This document shows, piece after piece, positions 27,466-36,552 of a stretch of DNA of 64,000 bases; position 1 is the first letter of the stretch; each line of letters begins with the position of its first letter. The notes below the pieces were generated by a model. The model did not search any database. It was not told the DNA's origin and was given only the letters and a program-made list of their open reading frames with translations. This DNA is from a virus, in the IMG/VR virus record IMGVR_UViG_3300025864_000001, positions 1 to 64,000 of that record; one strand, 5' to 3'. The position numbers were made by a program, and so were the translations under genes.

Positions 27466-27704
27466 ATGAAAACTATTGAAGTTTCAGCCAAATCAATGAC
27501 TGAATTTATTAAAAGCACAAAACTTCATTTTGATAATATTGATAAAATTATGAAGTTGCCGGAATCTAATGAAAGAGGCAGGATGATAGCCAAAGAAATG
27601 AAATGAATCGGATTAATTTCGATTATGATGCTTTTCTTCATTTTGCGCTTAATATCCCAATGGACAAACTCCAATCGGTGAGAAATAAAAGTTTCAAATT
27701 ATAA
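27466..27704 (+). pseudogene. 77-aa gene broken by a 5-bp duplication
   Basis: AAATG AAATG at 27596-27605; removing one copy fuses MKTIEV...AKEM with NRINFDY...FKL. Confidence 0.55.
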
Positions 27705-27714
27705 AAACAATATT

Positions 27715-27945
27715 ATGAAAACAAATCCAAATAATCCAATTAATGCAATAGTAGGAGACAGTACAAAATTTGCCGGACTTACCAAGCGTGAATACTTTGC
27801 AGCAATGGCAATGCAGGGACTTCTTGCAGGACATTACGAATACTTTACAGGTAATGCAGATGTTTCTGTACCAATGGAAATTGCTAAATATGCAGTTTAT
27901 AATGCAGATGCTTTAATTGAAGAACTTAATAAATCAGAATTATGA
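27715..27945 (+). CDS. Conserved phage hypothetical protein
   Basis: GLTKREYFAAMAMQGLL...ADALI family motif. Confidence 0.8.
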   Translation: MKTNPNNPINAIVGDSTKFAGLTKREYFAAMAMQGLLAGHYEYFTGNADVSVPMEIAKYAVYNADALIEELNKSEL

Positions 27946-28442
27946 AAAAACTATTTTTTTTACTTTTGATCAGCGTGTCATTCTCAGCAATGGCACAGCG
28001 TTATCCCTTTGCCCTCTATGTATCACACCAGCCGGTTGACTTTGGTATTGGTGTGCGTGGTGACTATTATATACATGGCTTAGGCTTGTATAGCTCTGTG
28101 TCTTATGGCAATTGGGGACTTTACAGACAGTATGATATAAAACACCATGTAAAGCTATCAACGGGTGTGTTATTGCCTCTGCCAGATTATAATGGTGCTT
28201 CATTTGATGTTACTGCCGGCATTAATTATCATCTTTTAGGATCTGTTATGCTCGATAACTCCCCTCTTGACCCTAAAATCTTTAACCCTTGGAGTTTTGA
28301 GTTAGGGATTACAGCTAAATTAAAGCGTTTTTCATTAGGTTTGCGCACTGACATTTTGCGTTGGGAACCATGCGTGGACGTAGGTTTTAAACTATTTAAA
28401 GGACAATATTATGACAAAGCAAAAAGTAAATCCTGTAAGTAA
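27942..28442 (+). CDS. Putative outer-membrane beta-barrel protein
   Basis: Signal peptide MKKLFFLLLISVSFSAMAQ, alternating aromatic/Gly strands, VDVGFKLF. Confidence 0.55.
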   Translation: MKKLFFLLLISVSFSAMAQRYPFALYVSHQPVDFGIGVRGDYYIHGLGLYSSVSYGNWGLYRQYDIKHHVKLSTGVLLPLPDYNGASFDVTAGINYHLLGSVMLDNSPLDPKIFNPWSFELGITAKLKRFSLGLRTDILRWEPCVDVGFKLFKGQYYDKAKSKSCK

Positions 28443-28635
28443 TCGTAAAATGTGGTGCTATTATGCGCCCGATGGGTGGCCACAAGTAAGAACATTAGCT
28501 GAGTCTCGAGTTGAATGTAGGCTGATGCTTAATAAATATGACTATCCTGCTACATGGCAGAAAGCTGAAAGTCAAGGTGCTTTTATACACAAAGTTGTTG
28601 TAACAATAATTGAACCTTTAAAATTAAGCCAATGA
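28411..28635 (+). CDS. Hypothetical protein
   Basis: ORF track. Confidence 0.5.
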   Translation: MTKQKVNPVSNRKMWCYYAPDGWPQVRTLAESRVECRLMLNKYDYPATWQKAESQGAFIHKVVVTIIEPLKLSQ

Positions 28636-28985
28636 GAAAAAAGCAAATTTTCGTTCAAACGCAGGGTGTAGATAAGAACAGGGTCTCCCCCTTTAAGCCT
28701 ATGGGCTTTGTTGCGCTTAATTTTGACAATATCAAAATGACTATTGATGCGTATGATTATTCAGGTGTGCTTGCTGAACCACGTGAGGACTCTCTTGTTG
28801 AGATCATGGACGAAAAAGAAGTATTTCAATTCACCCCTGCACAATTACTGCAAGCAATAAGATTTTTTCAACGCTATGCCGAAATGGGGAAGGATGTGGT
28901 GCGCTTTAAGAACATCTTCCATGTCATTATGCCAGACAGGTATAAGAATGCCTTACAAGTCACGAAACGAGGTCTTAAATTTTGA
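28632..28985 (+). CDS. Hypothetical protein
   Basis: ATGA overlap. Confidence 0.6.
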   Translation: MRKKQIFVQTQGVDKNRVSPFKPMGFVALNFDNIKMTIDAYDYSGVLAEPREDSLVEIMDEKEVFQFTPAQLLQAIRFFQRYAEMGKDVVRFKNIFHVIMPDRYKNALQVTKRGLKF

Positions 28986-29013
28986 GTTTTAAAAATAGTT
29001 TATCTTTGTACCG

Positions 29014-29439
29014 ATGCAGACACAAGACACCATATCAAAAAAGAAGTTGGACCGGATAAAAATAATTTATAACGGGGACGTGGAGATAATAGATTTCCTT
29101 TCCGATCTGAAAAGCAGGGATGTGATAGCCGGACTACAAGACCTCATCCATGATAATAAAGGACTGCCCTGTGCCCTCCTCTTTAATTGTGGATGTGATG
29201 ATATTGTGGTAATGATACTCTATAAATCACCTTTTGCGTTCAATGATCCGGGTAATACTCTCATGCTTTATGCCGGAAATGAACTACATGAACTGATGGT
29301 GTACTTTAGACATCTTTTGGATAACACTTCAAAAGAGAAAAGCGTTATTAACCAAGCATTAACTGATATTGTGCAACTACTGTACCAGGAATGGAACAGA
29401 TTGCAAGACGATAATGTTCAGTCTGATTTTTTAGGCTGA
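29014..29439 (+). CDS. Hypothetical protein, probably leaderless
   Basis: TATCTTTG at 29001-29008, 5 nt before ATG. Confidence 0.6.
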   Translation: MQTQDTISKKKLDRIKIIYNGDVEIIDFLSDLKSRDVIAGLQDLIHDNKGLPCALLFNCGCDDIVVMILYKSPFAFNDPGNTLMLYAGNELHELMVYFRHLLDNTSKEKSVINQALTDIVQLLYQEWNRLQDDNVQSDFLG

Positions 29440-29442
29440 CAT

Positions 29443-29486
29443 AGAACGGGTGCCGGTTTGTGTGTTCCGGTGCCCTTTCTTTTTTT
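29443..29486 (+). terminator. Intrinsic terminator with TTTGTGTGTT loop
   Basis: AGAACGGGTGCCGG/CCGGTGCCCTTTCT stem plus T-tract. Confidence 0.75.
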
Positions 29487-29513
29487 CTAAACACTATAAT
29501 CAAATTAATTGTA

Positions 29514-30077
29514 ATGAAGATGATCACAGGAACTTTAATAACATGGTTTTGTTTTCTCACTTGCTCGGCACCTCCTCCTTCGGTGGCGCAGCAAAAAGAA
29601 AACATTGAATGGGTTAAAATAGAGATTAATCGCATAGACTGTGAAGAGCAGCTTGCACTCTTTATTGAACACTTGGGTATCCGTGAATCGGGTAATCGGT
29701 GGCAGATAATCAATGCAATCGGATGTATGGGTAAATTTCAATTTGCTCACAATACTCTTGAGTGTCTTGGTTACGGCTACATCACACCTCAGCAGTTCGC
29801 TCATAACCCTGAAATCTTCCCCGAAGCACTACAACGTCAGGTGTTGCTTGCCCTCTTTAAATCAAATGAAATAGCACTTAGAGACTATTTCTATTATTGC
29901 GGGCAGGAAATAGCAGGTGTGACAATAACCAGATCGGGAATGCTTGCTGCGGCTCATCTTGGAGGTGCCTATTCCGTAAAACTCTTTCTGCTTAGCATGG
30001 GGCATGTCAATAGACAAGACCTGAACCAGACATCAATAAAACACTACCTGAGCGAATTTGCCGGGTATAATATTTAA
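29514..30077 (+). CDS. Lysozyme-fold / lytic transglycosylase-like protein with N-terminal signal
   Basis: RESG....N..G.MGKFQF, LAAAHLGG. Confidence 0.75.
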   Translation: MKMITGTLITWFCFLTCSAPPPSVAQQKENIEWVKIEINRIDCEEQLALFIEHLGIRESGNRWQIINAIGCMGKFQFAHNTLECLGYGYITPQQFAHNPEIFPEALQRQVLLALFKSNEIALRDYFYYCGQEIAGVTITRSGMLAAAHLGGAYSVKLFLLSMGHVNRQDLNQTSIKHYLSEFAGYNI

Positions 30078-30087
30078 AAACACGACT

Positions 30088-30405
30088 ATGACAAAAGACA
30101 AGATTATTGAAAAACAGAAAGAACTGATTATCGTATTAACAACGGCCTTGGATTTCTTGGCAGATAACAATCTGATTAAAGAAAAAAAAAATAATAACGA
30201 TATTGATAATGAGCCTTTAATTGATTGCGTGAACAAGGCAGCCAAATTAAGAACTGAGGTTAAAGAACTTGAATCAGAACTTTTTAAAGAAAAAACTCAA
30301 TGCCCTTATAAAGGTGAAGAAGGTAATACATATGATCTATGTCCTTCATGGATCGCTTTTACAAATGGGTGTGCTGATTGTGTTAAATATCATAAAAATC
30401 AATAG
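30088..30405 (+). CDS. Hypothetical protein
   Basis: ORF track. Confidence 0.5.
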   Translation: MTKDKIIEKQKELIIVLTTALDFLADNNLIKEKKNNNDIDNEPLIDCVNKAAKLRTEVKELESELFKEKTQCPYKGEEGNTYDLCPSWIAFTNGCADCVKYHKNQ

Positions 30406-30407
30406 CT

Positions 30408-30551
30408 ATGAAAAAAGACAAAACACCTATTGAATTTGAAGATCCTGATCCCTTTGACGGGATGAAAGCTCTTGGATGTCTGCTTATCGGCTCGGTACTG
30501 ATCGCAGTAGCACTATTTCTGTTTGGAGTACTCATTAAAGTAATACAATGA
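30408..30551 (+). CDS. 47-aa single-TM protein
   Basis: MKKDKTPIEFEDPDPFDGMKALGCLLIGSVLIAVALFLFGVLIKVIQ (manual translation). Confidence 0.55.
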   Translation: MKKDKTPIEFEDPDPFDGMKALGCLLIGSVLIAVALFLFGVLIKVIQ

Positions 30552-30553
30552 CT

Positions 30554-30718
30554 ATGAAACTATTCTTAGCTATTTTAATGGGTGTCATCGCCATTATGTT
30601 CCTGTTCTTTGCCGGATTCGCAGAGGTGGTGGCAGTTGCCTTTGTTTACGTACTGCTCGCAATGTTGAGCATGCTCTTATCATTCTATTTTTACTTTGGT
30701 AATATCGAGTTTAAATGA
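30554..30718 (+). CDS. 54-aa two-TM protein
   Basis: MKLFLAILMGVIAIMFLFFAGFAEVVAVAFVYVLLAMLSMLLSFYFYFGNIEFK (manual translation). Confidence 0.55.
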   Translation: MKLFLAILMGVIAIMFLFFAGFAEVVAVAFVYVLLAMLSMLLSFYFYFGNIEFK

Positions 30719-30978
30719 GCAGACATTACGAGCCACGCCAAAAGAAAGTCATCCCTCCTGTAAGGCGTATGAAGATTATACGGATTGATGCCAGAACGGA
30801 AATTGAGGTACTTGCAAGCATCCCTGATGATGTGGCCAGAGAACGGTTCATCGCAAAACGAAATATGGGGCCACGTGCTCCGTTTGCCTCTCTATATCCT
30901 GCTGATGAAAAGCCGGAAGTGCCACAAGAAGAACTTGCATCAGTTGTAGATGATGAGGATTTACCTGAAACAGAATAA
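30715..30978 (+). CDS. Hypothetical protein
   Basis: IRIDARTEI motif; ATGA overlap. Confidence 0.65.
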   Translation: MSRHYEPRQKKVIPPVRRMKIIRIDARTEIEVLASIPDDVARERFIAKRNMGPRAPFASLYPADEKPEVPQEELASVVDDEDLPETE

Positions 30979-31204
30979 CTATGGACAAAAGACTATTTGC
31001 ATTTTTAAAAGATCGCAAGATATTCACAGGTGGTCATAAAACTTTGCGTGAATACATGGACAATAAAGAGCAAAACACTGAATGGAATGATCGTGCCCGG
31101 AAAGGGCACAAGAAAGCCAAGATGAAATAAATTTGGTTATTAAATCTACACTTCGTACTTTTGAAGTGTTATAACGGCAATATTGCCACAAAACAACAAA
31201 AACA

Positions 31205-31648
31205 ATGCGCATGAAAAAAATGCTTATCCTCGCACTGATCGCACTCTTTTACATAGTGTCCAGTGCGTTGACACCGCCTCAAACGGTGCCCGTTGACCAA
31301 GATGTTGGCTATTCGTTAATTGCGAATCAGAACACATCAGTAATAACAATTCTTCCAGTTCAAAGCCCGGTTATTGCCGGTGAAGTAAGTTACACAATTA
31401 CCAGGGGGTCCAGTGTGATTGACAAGGGTCTGATTAATTCAGATGCCATAGTGTATAATCATCAGGAAAGTTTCACATGTAATACTTACTACACAATTGA
31501 CAGGCTTGATTCAAAACTGCCGATATTAGCAGGATTTGAAAATCAAATAAAGAACCCTCCGGGTAGAAACAGTATGAGCACAGACTTGGGAGGACTGCTA
31601 ATTGAATATGATGTTCCCCGGGACGGGGCAAAGTCCAGACATATCTAA
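31205..31648 (+). CDS. Secreted hypothetical protein
   Basis: Signal peptide; TACTTTTG box at 31156-31163. Confidence 0.6.
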   Translation: MRMKKMLILALIALFYIVSSALTPPQTVPVDQDVGYSLIANQNTSVITILPVQSPVIAGEVSYTITRGSSVIDKGLINSDAIVYNHQESFTCNTYYTIDRLDSKLPILAGFENQIKNPPGRNSMSTDLGGLLIEYDVPRDGAKSRHI

Positions 31649-31672
31649 GAAAAGCCAATTGGCATAAATAAT

Positions 31673-31704
31673 AAAGCACCTCGTAAATGGGGTGCTTCTT
31701 TTTT
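31673..31704 (+). terminator. Terminator at the convergence of the two blocks
   Basis: AAGCACC/GGTGCTT stem plus T-tract. Confidence 0.7.
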
Positions 31705-31721
31705 ATGATGATTAGTATTAA

Positions 31722-32921
31722 TTACCTTATTTCTTCTATATTTCCGACTTGAGCCGTGAATGTTCCTGAGCTACAAATCACTGTTAGATTTATATACCAA
31801 ATTCCTGATATAGTAATTGCAGGAGTAGTGGGTGCTGCCACATAAGTTGGTAATTGAACTGCTCCGGCATAGCCAACTCCCTCTGCTTTAATTGTGGTTG
31901 CTGACCGGATAGTTATTAATACATCAAATCCCGCCCTCGCATTTGCCGCCTGTGCTGCTGACGTTACCGCCGTCCAATCAATTGTATCAGAGATTGTCCC
32001 TAAATTCCCGCATCTTACTTTAAATATCAATGTACCTGTTGACGATGAATTACCAATGATCCATGCTCGGAAAGTTGATCCTACACTTGCACGTGCTGCT
32101 GGTATTTGTAATTGAAGTAATACCTTTTCAGTTGTGCCGGAAGTAACCACCGGAGCCAATAAATTTGCAAATAGCCTTACAGGGGCGTCAGTCCCATTTT
32201 GTCCGGGAACTCCTTGATCCCCTTTATCTCCTTTTAATCCATCAAAATAGTCAATATTTTTAACAGGGGTATTACCGGGAATACCTTGTATGCCCTGATC
32301 TCCTTTAAGTCCTTGCGAACCATCATTGCCGGGCAAACCTTGATCTCCCTTGTCTCCTTTTGAACCCGGAGTCCCAGGAGCACCGTCTTCTCCATTGAAA
32401 TAATCAACATTAAGCACAGGAGTACGCCCATCTTCTCCGTCCGCGCCTGCCTGCCCTGTTGCACCATCATTACCAGGGATGCCCTGCATGCCTCGTGAAC
32501 CCGACTGTCCTGCCTCCCCATTTGTACCATTTTCACCTTTAAGGGATAATAACCATTCCGATTCTATCCCCGTAAAACCATTCTCAACTGCTACCTGATA
32601 TGCTGACTTACCATCAGTAGACGGAATTTGATCTGCAATAGTGGCAATCTGTTCCGGGGTCAACTCAACTGCAGGCGGTGGTATTTGCGCAGCAATCTCC
32701 ATTATCACAGCAGGCACCACGGATAATGCTATTTCTGCTATATGCCCAAGTAGATTAATAACACCCCAGCTACCACGAGGAATCTGAGCCGATGCTGTGC
32801 CAATAACAACATCTCCGAGATTAGCAAAATCAAATGAGTCTTTCTTTGTGGCATGTAGCTTAACCGGATCACCAATTTTGATCGCACGTCCAGAAGCGTT
32901 TAGAAGTCTTTTCTGTGCCAC
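31722..32921 (-). CDS. Collagen-like (G-X-Y) fibre protein
   Basis: G-X-Y runs, DGKSAYQVAVENGF, TPV.N.DYF repeats; TACCTTTG box at 32941-32948. Confidence 0.85.
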   Translation of the reverse strand: MAQKRLLNASGRAIKIGDPVKLHATKKDSFDFANLGDVVIGTASAQIPRGSWGVINLLGHIAEIALSVVPAVIMEIAAQIPPPAVELTPEQIATIADQIPSTDGKSAYQVAVENGFTGIESEWLLSLKGENGTNGEAGQSGSRGMQGIPGNDGATGQAGADGEDGRTPVLNVDYFNGEDGAPGTPGSKGDKGDQGLPGNDGSQGLKGDQGIQGIPGNTPVKNIDYFDGLKGDKGDQGVPGQNGTDAPVRLFANLLAPVVTSGTTEKVLLQLQIPAARASVGSTFRAWIIGNSSSTGTLIFKVRCGNLGTISDTIDWTAVTSAAQAANARAGFDVLITIRSATTIKAEGVGYAGAVQLPTYVAAPTTPAITISGIWYINLTVICSSGTFTAQVGNIEEIR

Positions 32922-32953
32922 GGGAAATAGATTTATCTCCCAAAGGTATGCTT

Positions 32954-33436
32954 TTATTTTAAACTCTCAATAAATTTCTTATTGAAATGTCCAATAACCG
33001 CTTGTTGCTCGTTTAACGTAAACTTATAACCCACGATGCCCCTAACAGTGTATGGGAAGTATTTGCGGTACTCCACGAGTAGTTCTGCCTCTAAACGGCT
33101 TAAAACAGTCCAATCAGCGGTATTCTTTCCCCGTGACTTCTCCTCAAAGTCCAGAGAGTATTGTATTCGCTCTTCTGCTGTGGCTTGCATCCATAATCCT
33201 GCCTCTCCAGGTGTAACCAATGCAATAGCTTTCATATAGTATTTAAAATACGGATATCCCTTTACCGGAAGCACGTGTAGAAAACAATTAGCCCATAGCG
33301 GGGTATTGACGTATTCTCTAAGCCATAGTCCTGACACAACGGATTTATTGGAGAACTGTTGCCAGATAGTCTTGCGTATTAACGTCATAGCCACTTCCGA
33401 TGCCCTGGGTGGCTCTATTTGATGGATGTTCGTCAT
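32954..33436 (-). CDS. Hypothetical protein
   Basis: ORF track. Confidence 0.6.
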   Translation of the reverse strand: MTNIHQIEPPRASEVAMTLIRKTIWQQFSNKSVVSGLWLREYVNTPLWANCFLHVLPVKGYPYFKYYMKAIALVTPGEAGLWMQATAEERIQYSLDFEEKSRGKNTADWTVLSRLEAELLVEYRKYFPYTVRGIVGYKFTLNEQQAVIGHFNKKFIESLK

Positions 33437-33437
33437 A

Positions 33438-33731
33438 TTACTTACCTTTCACTTCTCTAAGCCAGTACTTACGGATTTCATTAAGTGTCATCCAAATAGC
33501 AGGTTGATTCATATCCATTACCATATATTTTGCTTTATTTCTTGTAACGCGGTCAGTCATTGTATTGAGTGGTAGCCACTCGACAAATTCCTTCTCGACA
33601 TACTCACTCTCTATTAGAGCGGTAATCTTCTGTTCTACAATCTTATAATGCGTTTCAGATAGAAATTTCTTACCATTAACCTTTGTTGCGGGGTCTGAAT
33701 AACCTTTTAAAATCTTTATAATTTCTTCCAT
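33438..33731 (-). CDS. Hypothetical protein
   Basis: ORF track. Confidence 0.55.
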   Translation of the reverse strand: MEEIIKILKGYSDPATKVNGKKFLSETHYKIVEQKITALIESEYVEKEFVEWLPLNTMTDRVTRNKAKYMVMDMNQPAIWMTLNEIRKYWLREVKGK

Positions 33732-33756
33732 ATTCTTGTTATTTATGTTCCATTAG

Positions 33757-34281
33757 TTATTTTGTGTAATACATATCACTCTCCGCTTTCAGGTCTTCAG
33801 TTGTGATAGTGTCCTTTGTCCGGTCATGTTCAACTACCCCATTTCTATCAGGTTTGCCCCATTTACGTTTTTTGTTTTTCTCCATTTTCTCTTTTGCATC
33901 AAAAAATAGAGTGTTAAATTCAATCCCGTATTTTGAAGTTGCATTAAGAACAAGAATAAAACAGTCTGCAAGTTCTTCTCTGATCGGAAACAAACTACCG
34001 TCCTGCATTGCCTTAATAGCTTCGTTAACTTCTTTCTTTAAATGATAAAGCGGTGCAATTGCCGTTCTTTCTTTGCCAAAGGTGTTATCAGCCCATTCAT
34101 GTACATCATTCATAAACTCTTGTATGGTCAGTTCCTCTCTTATCTTTTCCTGATGATAGGCTTCCAAAACTTCATTAATTTGTTCTATTGTAAATACATA
34201 TAAATCTGCTTCTATTCCTGTAAGAATTTTAACATTACCTTTGTCCATTTTAAAGGAATTGAAATCTTCTTTTGTTTTCAT
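33757..34281 (-). CDS. MazG-like dATP/dGTP pyrophosphohydrolase (DUF550-like)
   Basis: WADNTFG...HLKKEV.E...EELADC.IL...KM.KNK.RKW..PD..G.VEH. Confidence 0.8.
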   Translation of the reverse strand: MKTKEDFNSFKMDKGNVKILTGIEADLYVFTIEQINEVLEAYHQEKIREELTIQEFMNDVHEWADNTFGKERTAIAPLYHLKKEVNEAIKAMQDGSLFPIREELADCFILVLNATSKYGIEFNTLFFDAKEKMEKNKKRKWGKPDRNGVVEHDRTKDTITTEDLKAESDMYYTK

Positions 34282-34300
34282 TGTTACTGTTTTACGTTGG

Positions 34301-34501
34301 TTATTTAAGCATCCCCTGCTCTTCCATGTATCTATTAACATCCTGCATTCCAAGCAATACGGATAATGCAGCATCAGCCATCCTTCCTGCGAAATCATCA
34401 GGCCAGGTTATATCAAATTCATTCAATAACTCTTCATCATCCATTGCCTTTTCAATTGCATCAGATAATTTTGCTTTGATTTTTGCTTCAATTGTTTTCA
34501 T
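34301..34501 (-). CDS. Hypothetical protein
   Basis: ORF track. Confidence 0.55.
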   Translation of the reverse strand: MKTIEAKIKAKLSDAIEKAMDDEELLNEFDITWPDDFAGRMADAALSVLLGMQDVNRYMEEQGMLK

Positions 34502-34530
34502 ATCTCATTTATTAAATTAACTAACTAATT

Positions 34531-34725
34531 TCATGGCTTTTCGACTGGTTTAAATGCGAACTCTTTCTTATTGACAATATATTCCTGAAAATCATCTTCG
34601 AATAAAACAACCTTTTTTTCAACTGCTTTTATCTGACCGTAAGCCATAAGCGCACCTTTAAAACCCTTTTTTATATATTTAAAAGATGCGGTACCCCAAT
34701 CACCAACTGAATAATTCTCTTCCAT
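34531..34725 (-). CDS. Hypothetical protein
   Basis: ORF track. Confidence 0.55.
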   Translation of the reverse strand: MEENYSVGDWGTASFKYIKKGFKGALMAYGQIKAVEKKVVLFEDDFQEYIVNKKEFAFKPVEKP

Positions 34726-35135
34726 TACAATACCTTTTGAATTAACCGCCAGTAACTTTCACTTGCCTTTTTTGTCCCTGCTTCGCCAGAACACCACGCC
34801 CGTACAATCTTCTCATAACTCCGGCCATTTGTGTAGTACATAAACACTTCTTTTGCTCTCTCATAGTGGTACATGTCAGCCATAACGTAATGATTTCCGG
34901 TCCGCTGGTTATATTCCCGAAGCCGAACAGGCCGGATCTGAAAATAACTAACTGCAATTTCTTTTTTATTGTAAGCTGTCTGCTCGCCTCTGCTTTCCAC
35001 TGTCACTACAGCGTTAATCAGGGGCGTATAGTAATTTATCACTTCCGGTGCAAGGATTACTATGCTCGAACAGTCGGGTGCCTTTAAAGTGGCTGAAAAG
35101 AGGCTTAGTATTAAAATTAAGTTCATACGTTTCAT
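34725..35135 (-). CDS. SLT-like lytic transglycosylase with signal peptide
   Basis: LINAVVTVESRG, A...FQIRP, RAW..G, YW. Confidence 0.75.
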   Translation of the reverse strand: MKRMNLILILSLFSATLKAPDCSSIVILAPEVINYYTPLINAVVTVESRGEQTAYNKKEIAVSYFQIRPVRLREYNQRTGNHYVMADMYHYERAKEVFMYYTNGRSYEKIVRAWCSGEAGTKKASESYWRLIQKVL

Positions 35136-35318
35136 TGCGATTGTTTAAATTCATACTTCAAATTATCTATTACAAAAAATTCCGCATGGTTCTTCATATT
35201 CTTAAGATCACATATTTCGCAATCATCACATCCCGCTCCAAGCCAATATTTAAAACAAAATGACCCGCATGGACCTTGCTTCTTGTTTTTTGATAGTGTT
35301 TTCATATCGCTTATTTGG

Positions 35319-35828
35319 TTACGCGAGTAAATTTAACTTTTTAAATGCGATGTATTCTGCTTTCATCGCTATTACAAGGGCATCCCACTCCGTAAACTTC
35401 CAATTTGGATGATTAGTCTTTTCAAGTGTGGTGCCTTGGTCAACTATCCTGTGAAACTCCGGCAATACCACTCTGATATTCTCTGGGTTTAGTTTGAAGT
35501 AGAGATAATTCTTTTTATTCAGCACGTGCGCAAAACAGTTTACGAACATATCCGTATTATAGAAGCGGTTTAAGCGTTCTCCGGTGTACGGACACGTCAC
35601 AATACCCTTTACGTCTTTTGCTTCATCCCAGAGCCAGTTAAATAGGTCTATTTGCGATTCAAAAGGGAAGTCATAGTCTCTTACACGTGTTTTTTGTGCA
35701 AATGCAGGAGTTTTCTTAGGCTTTTTGTCGGTGCGAAGATACTGATGCCGTTTACAGTAGCCATATCCGGTCTTCTTGTCAGTCCCCCAAACAGACTGAG
35801 TGCAATTATCAAATTCGCAGTATCTCAT
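35319..35828 (-). CDS. NinG/HNH-like nuclease
   Basis: Zn finger C..C..C..H; CP..G, AHVL.K..Y....NPENI, H...D. Confidence 0.6.
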   Translation of the reverse strand: MRYCEFDNCTQSVWGTDKKTGYGYCKRHQYLRTDKKPKKTPAFAQKTRVRDYDFPFESQIDLFNWLWDEAKDVKGIVTCPYTGERLNRFYNTDMFVNCFAHVLNKKNYLYFKLNPENIRVVLPEFHRIVDQGTTLEKTNHPNWKFTEWDALVIAMKAEYIAFKKLNLLA

Positions 35829-36187
35829 TCTGTGGCTTTTTTAATTTCATAAGCAAGGTGAAAAGGACAATTAGTCCCATGATTTTCTTCGCCCCAATCA
35901 TCTTTGTTGCAGAAAGGACATCCTTTATTTTCGTCTCTTTCAAGAAGTTTTTCTACTAATAGCCTCATATCCGGTGCAGCGGCAATTAGTTTCATGTTCG
36001 CCTCTATTTCCGCTTTCTGTTTAATATACTCTTTATCAGAATCAGGTAACATTGAATTGCAGATAAATTCAGTATAAGTTCCACCTATTGGCAATTTAGT
36101 GTTCACCCCAACACCGAGGCATATTTTTTTAGGTTTCCTCTCGTAATATTTAAAAATAAGTTCCCATTTTCCTGCTGTGTGTTTCAT
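35825..36187 (-). CDS. KHTxGxW...AAAPD...KATE family protein, copy 4 (with CxxC..H...C insert)
   Basis: Family motifs. Confidence 0.8.
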   Translation of the reverse strand: MKHTAGKWELIFKYYERKPKKICLGVGVNTKLPIGGTYTEFICNSMLPDSDKEYIKQKAEIEANMKLIAAAPDMRLLVEKLLERDENKGCPFCNKDDWGEENHGTNCPFHLAYEIKKATE

Positions 36188-36528
36188 AATTCCTCCTGTC
36201 TAAATGCGTTTACAACTTCACAGACAAAGTTACCAGCACCAAGTCCTCCGATGACACCTATTACAGCGAATAGCCACCAAGGGGTAAATACTATTATGTA
36301 AAATAGACTCAGCAGAAACACAACCCATGGACTGACACAGAAGCAGCACCGGATAAATTTCACCAGCATTGAATCGGATACATGGTCAATCAGATGACGG
36401 TTATTCACAACCTCAAGGTACTTGCCAAATTTGCGGAAGACCATATTTTTACGAATTATACGAGTCCAGAAGCAGGAGAATAACCCTGCAAGGATTCCGA
36501 GATACATCATGTTTACTATGTGATTCAT
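36184..36528 (-). CDS. DUF1360-like membrane protein
   Basis: TM helices around CCFCVSPW; start MNHIV at 36528. Confidence 0.55.
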   Translation of the reverse strand: MNHIVNMMYLGILAGLFSCFWTRIIRKNMVFRKFGKYLEVVNNRHLIDHVSDSMLVKFIRCCFCVSPWVVFLLSLFYIIVFTPWWLFAVIGVIGGLGAGNFVCEVVNAFRQEEL

Positions 36529-36552
36529 CGTTTTTAAATTTAAGTTGTTAAT

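Noticed and set aside
23612-36187. Diversity-generating retroelement behind the paralogs
   Set aside because: No reverse transcriptase and no near-identical TR/VR pair with adenine-specific differences in the window.
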